Assembly (NCBI GenBank): GCA_039621445.1
Contig: CP154954.1
Span: forward strand, 26,610,954 to 26,674,953
DNA: 64,000 nucleotides
Direction of reading: 5' to 3'
From: Euglena gracilis
Taxonomy: Eukaryota
Below, piece by piece: positions 1 through 11,954 of the stretch (the first letter of the stretch is position 1; each line of letters begins with the position of its first letter). The translations under genes were made by a program, and so were the position numbers. The notes below the pieces were generated by a model. That model ran no database searches. It had not been told where the DNA came from and was given only the letters and a program-made list of their open reading frames with translations.

Positions 1-1738
1 CTGCTCTCCCCGTGGACTCACGCGCAGGGGCCCGTGCAGCAAGGCGTCTACACATGCCAGGGGCTGCACGGGGAGGAAACGGAGGGGCCTGCTCAAGCCG
101 TAGGTCCGTTCCTCGAAGTATACACCATAAGGTGGCCACACAGACAAGGGGCCGGGCCTTAGGCAATGTATTTGGATAACAACCATACCCGGTGGCCTCC
201 CCGCACCACCGGGATGGTGCCGGTCCGTCCGGAGCCCCCCTGTCCTGTTTAATAGTAACCGGACGGCAGGGTCGGGGGGCGCATAACCGGCTGGTGGGTG
301 CCTCCTTCACCACTGACTCAGGGACGGCAAATCCCTGGGCACACCAAAGGTTCAGCCCAGTGGCCCCGTGTCTTTGGGTCACTCCGCCTGGCACTGAAAC
401 AGGTTCAGCAGGTTTTCAGGGTGCCTCCCGTCGCGGGCCCTTACTCACCACAAGGCCAGGCAGAGCCCCACACCGCCAGGTCACAGCATCCCCTTGGCAT
501 GCTAACAGCGGTTACTCTAGTCCCAGGCACCCGAGACCTGAAACAGCACAGGGGAGGAGCCTCCCTTCCTTTGCCCTGTCCATTCCAGGTCCCCTTCCAC
601 GCTGAGAGGGACGACGACTCATGTCCCACGAACAGCGCGGGCTTCTACGCGCGAGAGGGCCTGCTCTCCCCGTGGACTCACGCGCAGGGGCCCGTGCAGC
701 AAGGCGTCTACACATGCCAGGGGCTGCACGGGGAGGAAACGGAGGGGCCTGCTCAAGCCGTAGGTCCGTTCCTCGAAGTATACACCATAAGGTGGCCACA
801 CAGACAAGGGGCCGGGCCTTAGGCAATGTATTTGGATAACAACCATACCCGGTGGCCTCCCCGCACCACCGGGATGGTGCCGGTCCGTCCGGAGCCCCCC
901 TGTCCTGTTTAATAGTAACCGGACGGCAGGGTCGGGGGGCGCATAACCGGCTGGTGGGTGCCTCCTTCACCACTGACTCAGGGACGGCAAATCCCTGGGC
1001 ACACCAAAGGTTCAGCCCAGTGGCCCCGTGTCTTTGGGTCACTCCGCCTGGCACTGAAACAGGTTCAGCAGGTTTTCAGGGTGCCTCCCGTCGCGGGCCC
1101 TTACTCACCACAAGGCCAGGCAGAGCCCCACACCGCCAGGTCACAGCATCCCCTTGGCATGCTAACAGCGGTTACTCTAGTCCCAGGCACCCGAGACCTG
1201 AAACAGCACAGGGGAGGAGCCTCCCTTCCTTTGCCCTGTCCATTCCAGGTCCCCTTCCACGCTGAGAGGGACGACGACTCATGTCCCACGAACAGCGCGG
1301 GCTTCTACGCGCGAGAGGGCCTGCTCTCCCCGTGGACTCACGCGCAGGGGCCCGTGCAGCAAGGCGTCTACACATGCCAGGGGCTGCACGGGGAGGAAAC
1401 GGAGGGGCCTGCTCAAGCCGTAGGTCCGTTCCTCGAAGTATACACCATAAGGTGGCCACACAGACAAGGGGCCGGGCCTTAGGCAATGTATTTGGATAAC
1501 AACCATACCCGGTGGCCTCCCCGCACCACCGGGATGGTGCCGGTCCGTCCGGAGCCCCCCTGTCCTGTTTAATAGTAACCGGACGGCAGGGTCGGGGGGC
1601 GCATAACCGGCTGGTGGGTGCCTCCTTCACCACTGACTCAGGGACGGCAAATCCCTGGGCACACCAAAGGTTCAGCCCAGTGGCCCCGTGTCTTTGGGTC
1701 ACTCCGCCTGGCACTGAAACAGGTTCAGCAGGTTTTCA
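1..1738. repeat. Tandem array of a 660-bp GC-rich unit (copies 1-660, 661-1320, partial 1321-1738); continues off the left edge
   Basis: Lines recur identically at +660 and +1320, and the ORF track repeats with a 660 period. Identity ends at 1738 (ggttttca|tatg). Confidence 0.97.
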
Positions 1739-1856
1739 TATGTATGTATGTATGTATGTGTGTATGTATGTATGTATGTATGTATGTATGTATGTATGTA
1801 TGTATGTATGTATGTATGTATGTATGTATGTATGTATGTATGTATGTATGTATATG
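1739..1856. repeat. (TATG)n microsatellite abutting the end of the tandem array
   Basis: Direct reading. Confidence 0.97.
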
Positions 1857-2599
1857 CCCGGAATGGCTCAACAACAAAAAAAAATGCTTTCATCCATTGC
1901 CAGCGAGATTTTGGGCAGCATTATTATTGTTTTGTGAAAACCTCATGAATTATAAAATGCTGTTCAACCCTGGCCCACCAAGAATGCTCTTAAATGTAAC
2001 CGCAGATTCTAACTGTAATTGCAACTGTAAATTGCACCGGGCAAAGAATAAACCCCGAATGCCTTTCCGTTTTTTCCCCATTTTTGTCCTTTCCTATTGT
2101 TTGTTTGTGTGCAACCCCCGGACTTATACAACACTGGGGGATTTTGGCCCACCCACCCTCCATGCATTTTGAGCCAGAAAAATGCGTGCCTCGCTCAGGG
2201 GCATGTTTATAGAGAGGTCCTTCATCATTTAAAATACTTCTTATCTTTTTTGAAACTGCTTAACAGCCACGCTAACAAAACACTTCAACACGTACTAAAA
2301 ACAATATGGCAATCACCACTCACAGCAGGCTGTTGTGAGATTCCACTTAACCAAAAAAAATTGGAGTTTTCCCAGAATGAAAGGAAATTATTTTGGTTCT
2401 TCTGGAAAATATTTCGGTATTCTGGTGAAATCTGATGTCCAGATAAACTGAAGCTTTTTTTTTCTTTGAAATCCATTTGATTATAACGGGTCAAATAGTT
2501 GGCCAGGCATATTATAACATTTTTTTATGACTCACCAAGTGTGTCCACCAAAAAACCCAGTCCACCAGCCTTCATTTTCACCATTGCTCCTACACCAAC

Positions 2600-3290
2600 A
2601 TGCACAACAGAAGCAACCACTCCAGGATTGAGCACTTTGTACACAAAATTTCTGGCATTGTTTTACATCTGGTGTTATACACAGAAGAATGTTTATCCAG
2701 CCAGTGGAAACACTGAAAACGTCCATGGGCTGTGTTGTCCTCGTATCCTGATCAGAAACCCTGGGTTGATCAGCATGGACCAATTTACAGATTTTCATCT
2801 GCAGCTGGAGAGTGCAAACGGGTGAGAGATACAAATATACAATTATACAAGAAGGGAATACACCCCTCGAGGTTGTAACCCAATTCTTACAGTACACTGC
2901 AGGGGCCAGATTGGGTGCCAGCTCTTCCGAGGTAAAAAAAAAAGATGAAGAAGAAGGAGAAGAAGGAGAAGGAGAAGGAGGAGGAGGAGGAGGAGGAGGA
3001 GGAGGAGGAGGAGGAGGAGGAGGAGGAGGAGGAGGAGGAGGAGGAGGAGGAGAAGGAGAAGAAGAAGGAGAGGAGGAAGAAGAACAGCTGTGACACAAAG
3101 GAGTTGGGGGTCTCCCCACCCCCCCTGATGTCCTGACCCAGGGGTTTGGCGGAGGTGTCACGACCAAGTGCATTGCTCAGTGCCGGGGAAGAACTGGACC
3201 CTTCTGATGCATAATATGTTTGACAGAGGCGGCAACCAACCGTTCCAATCAACAGACTCGTGGACAGCAATGGCTGGTCAAGAGCAACAC
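2600..3290 (+). pseudogene. Possible decayed hAT transposase fragment, interrupted by a (GGA)n tract
   Basis: Peptide SGNTENV resembles the BED-finger SGNTSNL region. FQSTDSWTAM resembles the first-catalytic-Asp motif (T-x-D-x-W-T). No intact ORF. Confidence 0.3.
2945..3083. repeat. (GGA)n/(GAA)n purine microsatellite
   Basis: Direct reading; it produces the spurious poly-E/G/P/S ORFs. Confidence 0.95.
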
Positions 3291-3904
3291 TGTGAGGAAA
3301 TTCCCAATATTCGTGATTTCAAATTACGTTTGCTCATCACGGTAGTTTCAGGTGCAACGAAACCATAGTTCACAACAAAAGGTATCCCTGGGTTGCGGCG
3401 ATCTCCACTGATCAAAAAAATCTCCATTTCATCATTTTCACCTTTCCTTTCAAATTTTGGGGTTTCATGGCCAGGAATTTTCTCTCTTCAGAAAAACCTA
3501 AACCCCATTTCTCCAGCATTTTCAGCCATGTGACTGAATTTACAAAATTTGCAAATTCCTAAAAATTTGCAGCACTTTGCTGACATTTCCAGTTGGACTC
3601 AGGCCAAGAGCGAGAACTGCACCATACCAAGGGCGGGTCTGCACCATGATACCCAATAGCAGGGTGGACCACACTCACTGTTACATATTGCTGCATTCCT
3701 GCCATCGGTGTTGCGTGTCCACGGGCGAGGAGGTTCGGCAACAGCACCACACCAGGCCATCCCGACAACCTGGGCCCCCCGGCCGTACATGGGGACGCAG
3801 GTCGGCTTCCGGACAGGTGGGGGTGGCGGCACGCCCCCATCACTGACCCCGGGCGGCTTTTTCAAAGACCCAACAAACGTCGGGGGCGATCAGCTGTATC
3901 AGAT

Positions 3905-4288
3905 CAGGGCTGTACGAGAAGTCCTGGTGGGGGGGTCGACCCCCCACCTGGGAGGCCGGGGGGGGGGGTCGGGGGTCGACCCCCGGCACAGAAGGTGCCA
4001 GCTGAAAACGTGTGTGGTTGCGCTTTCTTTTGCCCGGCGCCAAAGGCGCTAGGAGAAATGGGGACTTCAGATTGGGCTGACCCCAAACGGGGCGGGGTGA
4101 TGACCGGCTTCATGTGATGACTGGCTTTATGCGTGACTGGCTGGTATCCCACAGGGGACGGGGACCCACACCAGCCGCATTCCCACTGCAGTCCCATCGC
4201 CCCCCAGGGCTGTATGGGAATCCCCGCAACCCCATGGGCGGTGAGTGGGGGTCCGACCCCCCCCCCCACCAGGCCTTCCCGTATTTCC
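3905..4288. mobile_element. Degenerate MITE of a CAGGGCTGTAC-ended family
   Basis: Left end cagggctgtacgagaagtcctggtgggggggtcgaccc is imperfectly inverted relative to gggtccgaccccccccccaccaggccttcccgta (~4250-4283). Related ends occur at 58742-58752 and ~63943. No clean TSD. Confidence 0.45.
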
Positions 4289-5133
4289 AAGCTTTAGGCC
4301 AAAATTGTCCTTTGGCACCTTTGGCGCCGAAGGAATTTTCTTTGAGCGGGTGCTGTGGTGGGTGGGGACACTGGGGCCATCGCCTGGGGGGGGGGGGTCT
4401 CATGGCCCAGGGCCAGAAGTCATTCTGAAGGGAGAGAAAACAAAACCATCCCCAGCGGGGGACATGCTGCAACCGCTAAAAAGACGCCTGGTCTGCACGG
4501 CCTTCGCCCCCGCGGCCGGCGCTACGCCGCTCCTCCGCGGTCGCCGCCGCCTCACAGGCAAGCTGGCGGGACAGTCCCCGGCGGGGTCCCGGCCGCCCGA
4601 GGCCGGGTAGAAGTGTGTCTGCCAGCACCACCGCCCATGTGTCGCCGGGCCCCTCTCACGCAGTTCCCCAGCGCCCGAGCCCCACAAACCACCCAATACA
4701 GGTGTGCCTGGAGTGCCTGGGGTGTGGTGGGGCCGCGGGTGTTGCAGGCGACGTTGGGGGGGGGGGGGTGCCGGCGCGCTCCTTAGGTTTAGAATTGGCA
4801 GCAGTGGTGGGGCTGGTGACAGGGGCTGCGGGGGCCTCTTCTCCTCTGCTCCTCTGCCCTTCCTCTTTGCTCTCTCTCGCGTCAGGCGACAATGGGAGAT
4901 GTGATCGGAACCCCACCTTGAAAACGCAGGTTTCGACCATTTTGCAACTGGTCGAAAATGGTTCCACTTTCGACCATTTGAAAACGATCAAAATGGAAGC
5001 TCGGCACTCAAGAAATTCACATTGCAGCGAACCTGGCCCTTTCACACGAATACCGGCTGACTGACGCTGCGGTCCCCGGGGCCGGTGTTCGGCCGGGTCA
5101 CACAATGGGCACCGCCGGGGCCCCGGCCCGTAC

Positions 5134-5231
5134 CAGAGCGGCCACGGGTCTCGCTGGACCGCCCCGGGGGCCACCGGGGCGAGGCAGCGGCGGTACCGCT
5201 CTGCCAGGTGCTCCGCCAGGCTGAGGTCCGT
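5134..5231 (-). CDS. Candidate isolated exon (TDLSLAEHLAERYRRCLAPVAPGAVQRDPWPL), product unknown
   Basis: Minus strand reads ctccttctccggctcAG| followed by almost exclusively G/C-ending codons, then |GTacgg. Similar GC-rich segments lie at ~4485-4620 and ~3680-3770. Confidence 0.3.
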
Positions 5232-6539
5232 CTGAGCCGGAGAAGGAGCAGGTGATGAGTGGATTGGTCTCTTTGAATGAATTCCAAGGTGCTGGCTGTT
5301 TGGAAGGCTTTGTGGAGGTGGACCCCCAACCAGGAGGCAGAAGACACCAAATGATACTCCCCTAAATATAAGCCCCCCCAACTTTAAGCCCATGGTGCCA
5401 TTCGGGAAAAGGAGAAATTTTTGGTGTATGAAACATTTTTTCACCGGAAATCCTCCATTTTGGACAAAAAATGCACATTCTGGGCAAAATAGGATGTACA
5501 CAACAAAAATTTGGGACAGAATTGATATTTAAGTGCATTTGATGGTCAACAAAGTTTGCCAAAGCAACCCAGAAAAGCTCGATCCCCCGAAATATAAAGC
5601 CCCCCTGAGGCTTTATATTATGAAATCCTGCCAAAAATATATTGCCGAGGGTTTTATACTTGGGGAGGGTATAGGAGATTTGACACAGCAAACCCCCACG
5701 CCACTGTTCTGTCAGGGGGGCCCCCCCTGCATCTAAACACAGAGGCATGAAGGAGGTAGCACGAAACAATTTATGAGGTAAAAAAATGAGTCCTAAAACT
5801 CTGCCCAGGAATGCAACTTTTGGCACTCTTTGAGGACAGTTCTTTGTCAAAAATGGTATAAAAAAAATTCGCTCACAATACACCAGGAATAGAGTTCCAC
5901 GTCACAAGGAGTTCCAGTTACTTGTCCAGAACCCCATCAGAATCTGAACCATCCCGCCTGGTCCAGAGGGACATCCCGCATCTAAACCTTGGACACCCTC
6001 CTCATATCGAACTCGAGCATACAATTTTTTTACCGACCACCGGGGGGGAGGGGGGTCACTCCACTTTTCGAAATACCAGTCAGTCACTTTTTTCCGGGGG
6101 GGGGGGGGGGGGGCCACTCTGGGATCCAAAGGAAATTTGACAAAAAAAAACATGAAAAAAAGCCAAAAAATCCGTCGCCTTTGGCACCAGGTCACTTTAA
6201 TGGTTTTTTACCGACTCCCCCCGGGGGGAGGGGGTCCGGGCCAAATACCGGTCAGTCACTCCGAAAAAAACCAGTCACCCACCCCCCGGGGGTGGGGGGG
6301 GGGGGGGTCGGCCAGTGCTTAAGCAATTGACTGACCCGGAGGGGGACTCTCCTACCATAGCATTTTTAAGGACTTTCAGGCCAGCAACCATTCCCACTGG
6401 AAAAGGGAAGACACATCCTGCACCCCACCTGACCCCCCCACGGGTTTCTGGTTCACTGGCAGCCCTGCCGTATTGGAAGGACGGTTTTCTAAATGTCGTT
6501 TGGTTCTTCCCTGGGGAAGGATCCCCAATCATCATGTCA

Positions 6540-7170
6540 TTGGTCCAGTGCTCTGGCCATGTGACCCACAAAGGGGTGGGCATTTGCTCACCAACAAAAA
6601 CAATAAGAGCCTTGCACAAAACCTTGCTGACCACCTCTTTCACCTTTGGCACGTGACCGTTCAGCCATCATCCGTCCATCCCTCCAACGTTTTGTAAGTT
6701 TGCTGTGTCTATGCGGTGCACCCAGCTGAATCTGCATGCAAATCTGCAGCCATCACTTTGGCCAGGGACTGCAAAGTCAAAGGGAAAATAATGTGAATGG
6801 AACCTGTGCGGTGCCTTCACCAAACTTTTAGCAAAAATACTTGACAAACAAAAAAACCTGCCCGCTTTGATTGACATACACACACAAGTAGAGCGGCACA
6901 CTGACCTTCACAAGCACATCTGTTCACACACTGACTGTTCACAAGCACAAGCCCTGTACACACCGGCATCGTACCCTCTGACTTGGCAAGGATAAAATCG
7001 GCGGCCCAATGCAAGAACGTTGTGAATCCCATCGCCAGTGGGAACCACTCCTTTGTGCACCGGTTGGTTGCCACCACAGCCCCAAAGGATGGAGAAGATG
7101 CATTGCAGTTCAGCCTGAGAGAGTTTGAGTGAATGTGAATGCCCTCAAGCGACATAGCTTGAGGTTCCAC
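6540..7170 (-). pseudogene. Decayed MULE/Mutator-like transposase fragment
   Basis: IHIHSNSLRLNCN...GAVVATNRCTKEWFPLAMGF resembles the MULE core (D-x-T...V-x-x-D/N...FPLAFA). Downstream LHADSAG and KVLCKALI fit the second Asp and C-x-x-H regions. Stops and frameshifts are present. Confidence 0.4.
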
Positions 7171-7623
7171 TCCAGAGGGAAGGTTTGCCCAAGGGAAAAT
7201 CCGGTGTCAAGGCCTGGACGTGCAGCCTCAGCCAGTTCTTAAAAACCGCAAACAGAATTTTACAAGTACAAAGGTTTTGCAAAAAAATAAGGTCATTGGT
7301 GCTGATCAACTTTCAAAGTTCTTTTTAGCATTGACTGCACATCAGCAAAAACAAACAACTCTCTTTCGAATTTTGCAAAAGATTCCAAGAGAATATCAAG
7401 ACTAGTTTTATTCTAAAGCCTTTTCCAGAATAGTTTTGTCTAATTTTCTTCAATTTGCACCACAATAGATATCAACGCTAGAAACTTCAGTCAGAAGGTC
7501 ACCAGCAGTTCGACTCCATCGCGAGTCCCTTGGCCGATTTCCCAAGCACTTTTGGCCACTTTCTTAGACAGCTGGGAATGCACTTTTCTTGTTGAGTCAC
7601 AAAATTCTGGCAGTTTTAGTGAA

Positions 7624-10600
7624 AATGCGCATCCGCGCATTCTGGAAGCGGAGTGCGCAGGTGCGCATTCTGGATGATGGCTTCTTCCAGACTGGGGGCA
7701 AACACCACAAAAAATGAGCTGTTTGGATATTACACGACCACAGGGACCACCCCCTTGTTTTCTGGTTCAACTACGTATCATGCTGTTTACAGCTGTTTCA
7801 CGACGACTGTGGCACGGTGCGTGGCTGGACAGACACTCGGTGCACTCCACACGACATGCAAAACACGGGCGACGCAGTACAACCTAGACCTGGGTGTTCC
7901 ACCTTGTGTTTACCGATGAGTGCTGATGGCTTCTGGGGGCAGGGCCTGGCGATCCCGGGATGAGAATGGGAAGGAACTCCTTGCAGCCATGGAGACACAG
8001 CCCTCCCAACAGGCTTCTTTTTAAGACCCCTGGGGGGAGGGGGGGTCCCCCCCACCCACCCAGGGTGGCGCGGGCCCCCCCCCCCCGGGGGGGGGGGGGG
8101 GGCGGGGACCCCCCCCCAAAATCGGGCCCGTTAAAGGCAATTTTCAAAAATTTTCGGCGCTTCGCGCCGAAAAGGTATACCCAGCGCCTCCGGCGCGGAC
8201 CCCCCCCCCGGGGGGTTCGGCACGGACCCACCCACCCACCCCCCCCCGGGGGGGGGGGGGGGGGGGGGGGTCAGGTGACTTAAAAAGAAGCCTGCCTCCC
8301 AAGGTCAAAAGAATAGGGTGCCACTGGGTGTCAAGGCCGAAGAATGCGCACCTGCGCATTTTTCGGAACCCAAAAGAATGCACAGGTGCGCATTTTTTTG
8401 GAATGGACACAGGCTGTGGGAAGGGGGAATGCACACACGCGCATTGATGTTGAGGGCACACTGGGTATGGCCTGTTGTTTGCCTGTCTTGAATCCGAGCT
8501 GTGCACCGCTATGATGTGGTTTCAGGCTTTTAGAACATGGTTGTGTGAAGGGGGGAGATGAACCAAAAGAATCACCCTTGGCACCAATGTCGCTGTACCA
8601 GACCACACCCTGAAACACGACACCTGCAGCGGCGTGGAAAACCCTGGGCTCGGCGACGGCAGGTCTCAAGGCACGAATTCATGTCCTTCAGTGACAGGGG
8701 AACTGCCCCTTTGCAGCGCAAGTCACCAAACAAAACAGAATGCGCACCTGCGCATTCGACTTCACCCGCTGCATCCAGTGCCCAGCCCAGGCTATGCTGC
8801 TCTCATGAACGGGTGGAGCACGCCACAGTGCACGTGCAACCGTCCCCCACCCGGCGGAGGTGATGGTCCGGTTGCTGCCAGCGCTGTCCGACCCCACGCC
8901 CCAGAGCGTGCATGGCAGCACACAGCCAATAGGCGCCCTGAACAACCTTATGCTGGGCTGTAGTGCACCGTGCAAGGACCACTGTGCCCCACAATCAGGG
9001 TCAACGCAGGGGATTGTGTCTGATTCCACACACATCCGGTGCTCACTTGGTTGGCACCTCCAGAGCGAAACACGCCTGTCGCCACCTTTGGCATCTTTCC
9101 CAAAAACGGTCTGTAAACACAGAATTAATTCACAATCCAAAATGTATTCAAAAAAGCGAACACCATTGGTCAGTCCTTGCCCCAATATTTCTCCAGGCCC
9201 TTAAAACCGTGAATCAGGTGCAAGCACAGCACAAAAAAAAACTTGCCGATAAACGCAGGATTTTTCCCATTCTGCTTTTTTGTGTATTCCACCGTGTCGC
9301 TCCATTGGAAAACATATGAGAAAGGAATTTCAGTGCCCGAGGAAATTCCTCAGTGACGGGCACCCTGATTCCCAACTGCGGTCAGCAGACTTCATACCAT
9401 GAGTAAAAAGACGGTGAATGCGCACATGCGCAAAAAAAAGCGTCCTGCACCTTTCTTTATACATTTCCACAATTTTATACAACACACACCGCCGAATATT
9501 TGCACTCCCTACACCTTTCTTTAAATTAGGGCCACACCACCAAATATTTGCACTCCCAGGTGGGCATGCCACCACCCACGCCAACTCCCCCCACCTGGCC
9601 TGGGTTTGGGGCCGCGCAGCTGAAGTATAGACATCCCTGCAAGGATCGAATGGTGTCCGAGGACGAGGCAGCCCTGGAGCAAAACACGGCAGGCAAAACA
9701 CAACCACCACCTGTGGCCTTGTTGGCAACAAACGTCACCCACCACATAGAACCCTTATTTTATCATGTACTCAGAGTCGACGCTCCAGCACTGCAAACTA
9801 CACAACCCCTGGCCGCTGTGAAGACCAAGGAAAGCACATATGCGCACACCTTCACCACACACCTCATCACCGATGGCTGCTGTCAAACATGACACATCAG
9901 GGTGAATGCGCACATGCGCATTCCCTTCTTGTGTCTCCCCTTGAAGCACCCTGGTAGGAGGTTGCCACACAGAGCGATGCCCAACAACTCAGCACACAAG
10001 GTGGAGACACAGCCTGGGAGACGTACACCCTACTCTGGGATCATCCACCTGTGCAATGAGATGCATGTGAAATTGCTAACAAAAAGGCCAGCAGTGCACC
10101 ATGGGGGTTGCCCTGCCGCAATGCTGTGCTGACACTGGGTTTAGGAGTGCCAGACATCACTCCCCACAACAAAGAGAATGCGCACCTGCGCACTCCCCCT
10201 CACGGAATGCGCAGGTGCGCACTCTTATGGATTCCAAGAGCGGCTCCCCTCCTGTCCTCCTGCAGATAAAATAACAGCCAGCCAGCGAAGGAATGGCCTC
10301 AAGAGTGCGCACGTGCGCATTCTTGTGCCTCATGCAACCTCGGAGAGGAGCCATTTTGTATCGTTTGTGAGGGCTGTTCTGGAGGGTGTAGCCTGTGGCA
10401 GAAAGTGTTGAAGTGGGGCTCCGCTCCGAAGCTTTCAAAACCAGTGACACACAGGAAAGGCGTGCAAGCCAGCCCCCCCCCCTTCCATACCCAGCATCCC
10501 AAACGGCAGACCTGAACACAGGTGGTCGCACGTGGTGATGTGCCGTGGTGCCTATGAGAAGGCACATGCAGAGCGGACGGCGTGCGCGACTGGAGGGATG

Positions 10601-11243
10601 CTGTGCCTGCATGTGTCGCGGAGGGGTGCAGTGCACCGTGCGGAATGGCAAACAGCAGGCAGCCTGAGGAGGGTAACGAGCCCTCCCTTACAGACATGTG
10701 GTGTGGATTTATTTAAACACCCCCCACCACTCTCTGAATGCAGACGACACGCACACACCAAACATTCGCTAGCGCCCTCTCGTGTCCAGCTTCCAACACA
10801 GGACACAGAACCTCCCCTCCACTCTAACTGTAGAGACCACGGTGCCCCCTTCCCACAACCACCCCCGGGAGGCACAATAACTGTCCAACACTTCAGGAAA
10901 AGGTCGGGACGGAAGGGGGGGTGAATGTGCATCTGCGCATTCACTGGCACCACAAGACAGGGGGGACAGCGACAGGTACATCAGCTTCACCTGACGAGGG
11001 TTCGTACCCGTGAAACAGCGTTTTGTGTCGCACCTACTTCGGCAGACGGGGTTTTTCCCCCAGTCAGTGGAGGTGCCACACCGTTATTTTCAAAAAGAAA
11101 AAAAGCGGGTTTACCCAAGAAAAAAACACGGGGGTCGAAGGTGGTGTTGCACATTTTGGTACCAGGGTTTCAGCTGACGGGTGCGCCGCCCCGTTAAGTG
11201 ATGGCAACACAGTTGGTGAAAAAAGAATGCGCAGGTGCGCAAA
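7624..11243. repeat. Dispersed cluster of about 13 copies of the 20-bp quasi-palindrome GAATGCGCANNTGCGCATTC
   Basis: Copies near 7624, 7651, 8342, 8376, 8428, 8738, 9416, 9904, 10176, 10205, 10303, 10923 and 11226, separated by unrelated sequence of irregular length. Confidence 0.85.
8010..8294. mobile_element. hAT-like MITE, 285 bp
   Basis: Perfect 16-bp terminal inverted repeats (TIRs) CAGGCTTCTTTTTAAG / CTTAAAAAGAAGCCTG. Perfect 8-bp TSD CCTCCCAA (8002-8009, 8295-8302). Confidence 0.93.
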
Positions 11244-11638
11244 CAAACCACCAAAAATGAAAAGTGCATTCCCAGCCGTCTAAGGCTTTTGGGTTCCGGG
11301 GTGGCTGCTCAGGCAGCCCCCCCAGGGAGGGTTGTATAATCATTTAGCTCCCGGATCAAAAGACCTCTGCCAAACACAAGCAATTGAGGAACTTGACAAA
11401 AATACCATGCTAGCTGCACCTGACATAAAGATGGAAACTTTTCTCCGCCTGACCAAACTCATTGTTCCATGCAAAGCCCTCACCGCACACAAGACAAACG
11501 GTGGTGTGCTCGCATGGCGTACAGACACACCACAGGGTGGACAGCCCGTACTCCTCGCCAATGGGCAGCCAGCACTCTGGGGCGCGGCGCTTGTCGGGCG
11601 CGAGGCCCCTGCGGTGATGGGCGTGGAGATGGGGGGGC

Positions 11639-11954
11639 CATGCTTGTGCTTACCAACCGGGGGGGGGGTGGGGGGGGGGGGGGCTATAGGGTGCCTGCCC
11701 CTAGCAGGCACACCCCCCCCCGGGGGGGGGATAGGGGTCCGGGCCGGACCCAGAAAATTTTCATTGAAAATGGCCGTTTCCGGGCCCCCGGCGCCTTCGG
11801 CGCCGGGGTCGGAGGGGGGTGCCTGCTAGGGGCAGGCACCCCCCGAAACCCTACCCCCCCCCGGGGGGGGGGGTCGGATCGGGTGCTATGGGGTGCCTGC
11901 CCCTAGCACCCACCCCCCCCCCGTGGGGTAGGCACCCGACTAAGCACAAGCCTG
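11639..11954. mobile_element. hAT-like MITE with internal GGGTGCCTGCCCCTAGCA repeats
   Basis: TIRs catgcttgtgctta / taagcacaagcctg (13/14). Both flanks contain atgggggg (imperfect TSD). Confidence 0.7.

Noticed and set aside
192-1714. Repeated ORFs within the 660-bp unit as genes
   Set aside because: No recognisable domain and no codon bias like the real exons; such ORFs are expected in GC-rich DNA.
1-1738. Spliced-leader RNA / 5S rRNA tandem unit (similar ~0.6-kb size in Euglena)
   Set aside because: No T-rich SL exon motif (TTTTTTTCG) and no recognisable 5S sequence on either strand.
1-1738. Penelope-like or retrozyme repeat with a hammerhead ribozyme
   Set aside because: No CTGANGA core found on either strand of the unit.
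1512-3270. Low-complexity ORFs (MYVC repeats, poly-P/E/G/S; also poly-Ile at 17692-18206 and ISYH repeats at 61036-61428)
   Set aside because: These are translations of microsatellites.
7624-11243. CRISPR array
   Set aside because: Spacing is irregular (about 10 to over 600 bp), repeats occur in both orientations, there are no cas genes, and the context is eukaryotic.
11332-11640. Protein-like segment (YNHLAPGSKDLCQTQAIEELDK...)
   Set aside because: No motif I can assign; it is interrupted by a MITE and cannot be supported without a search.
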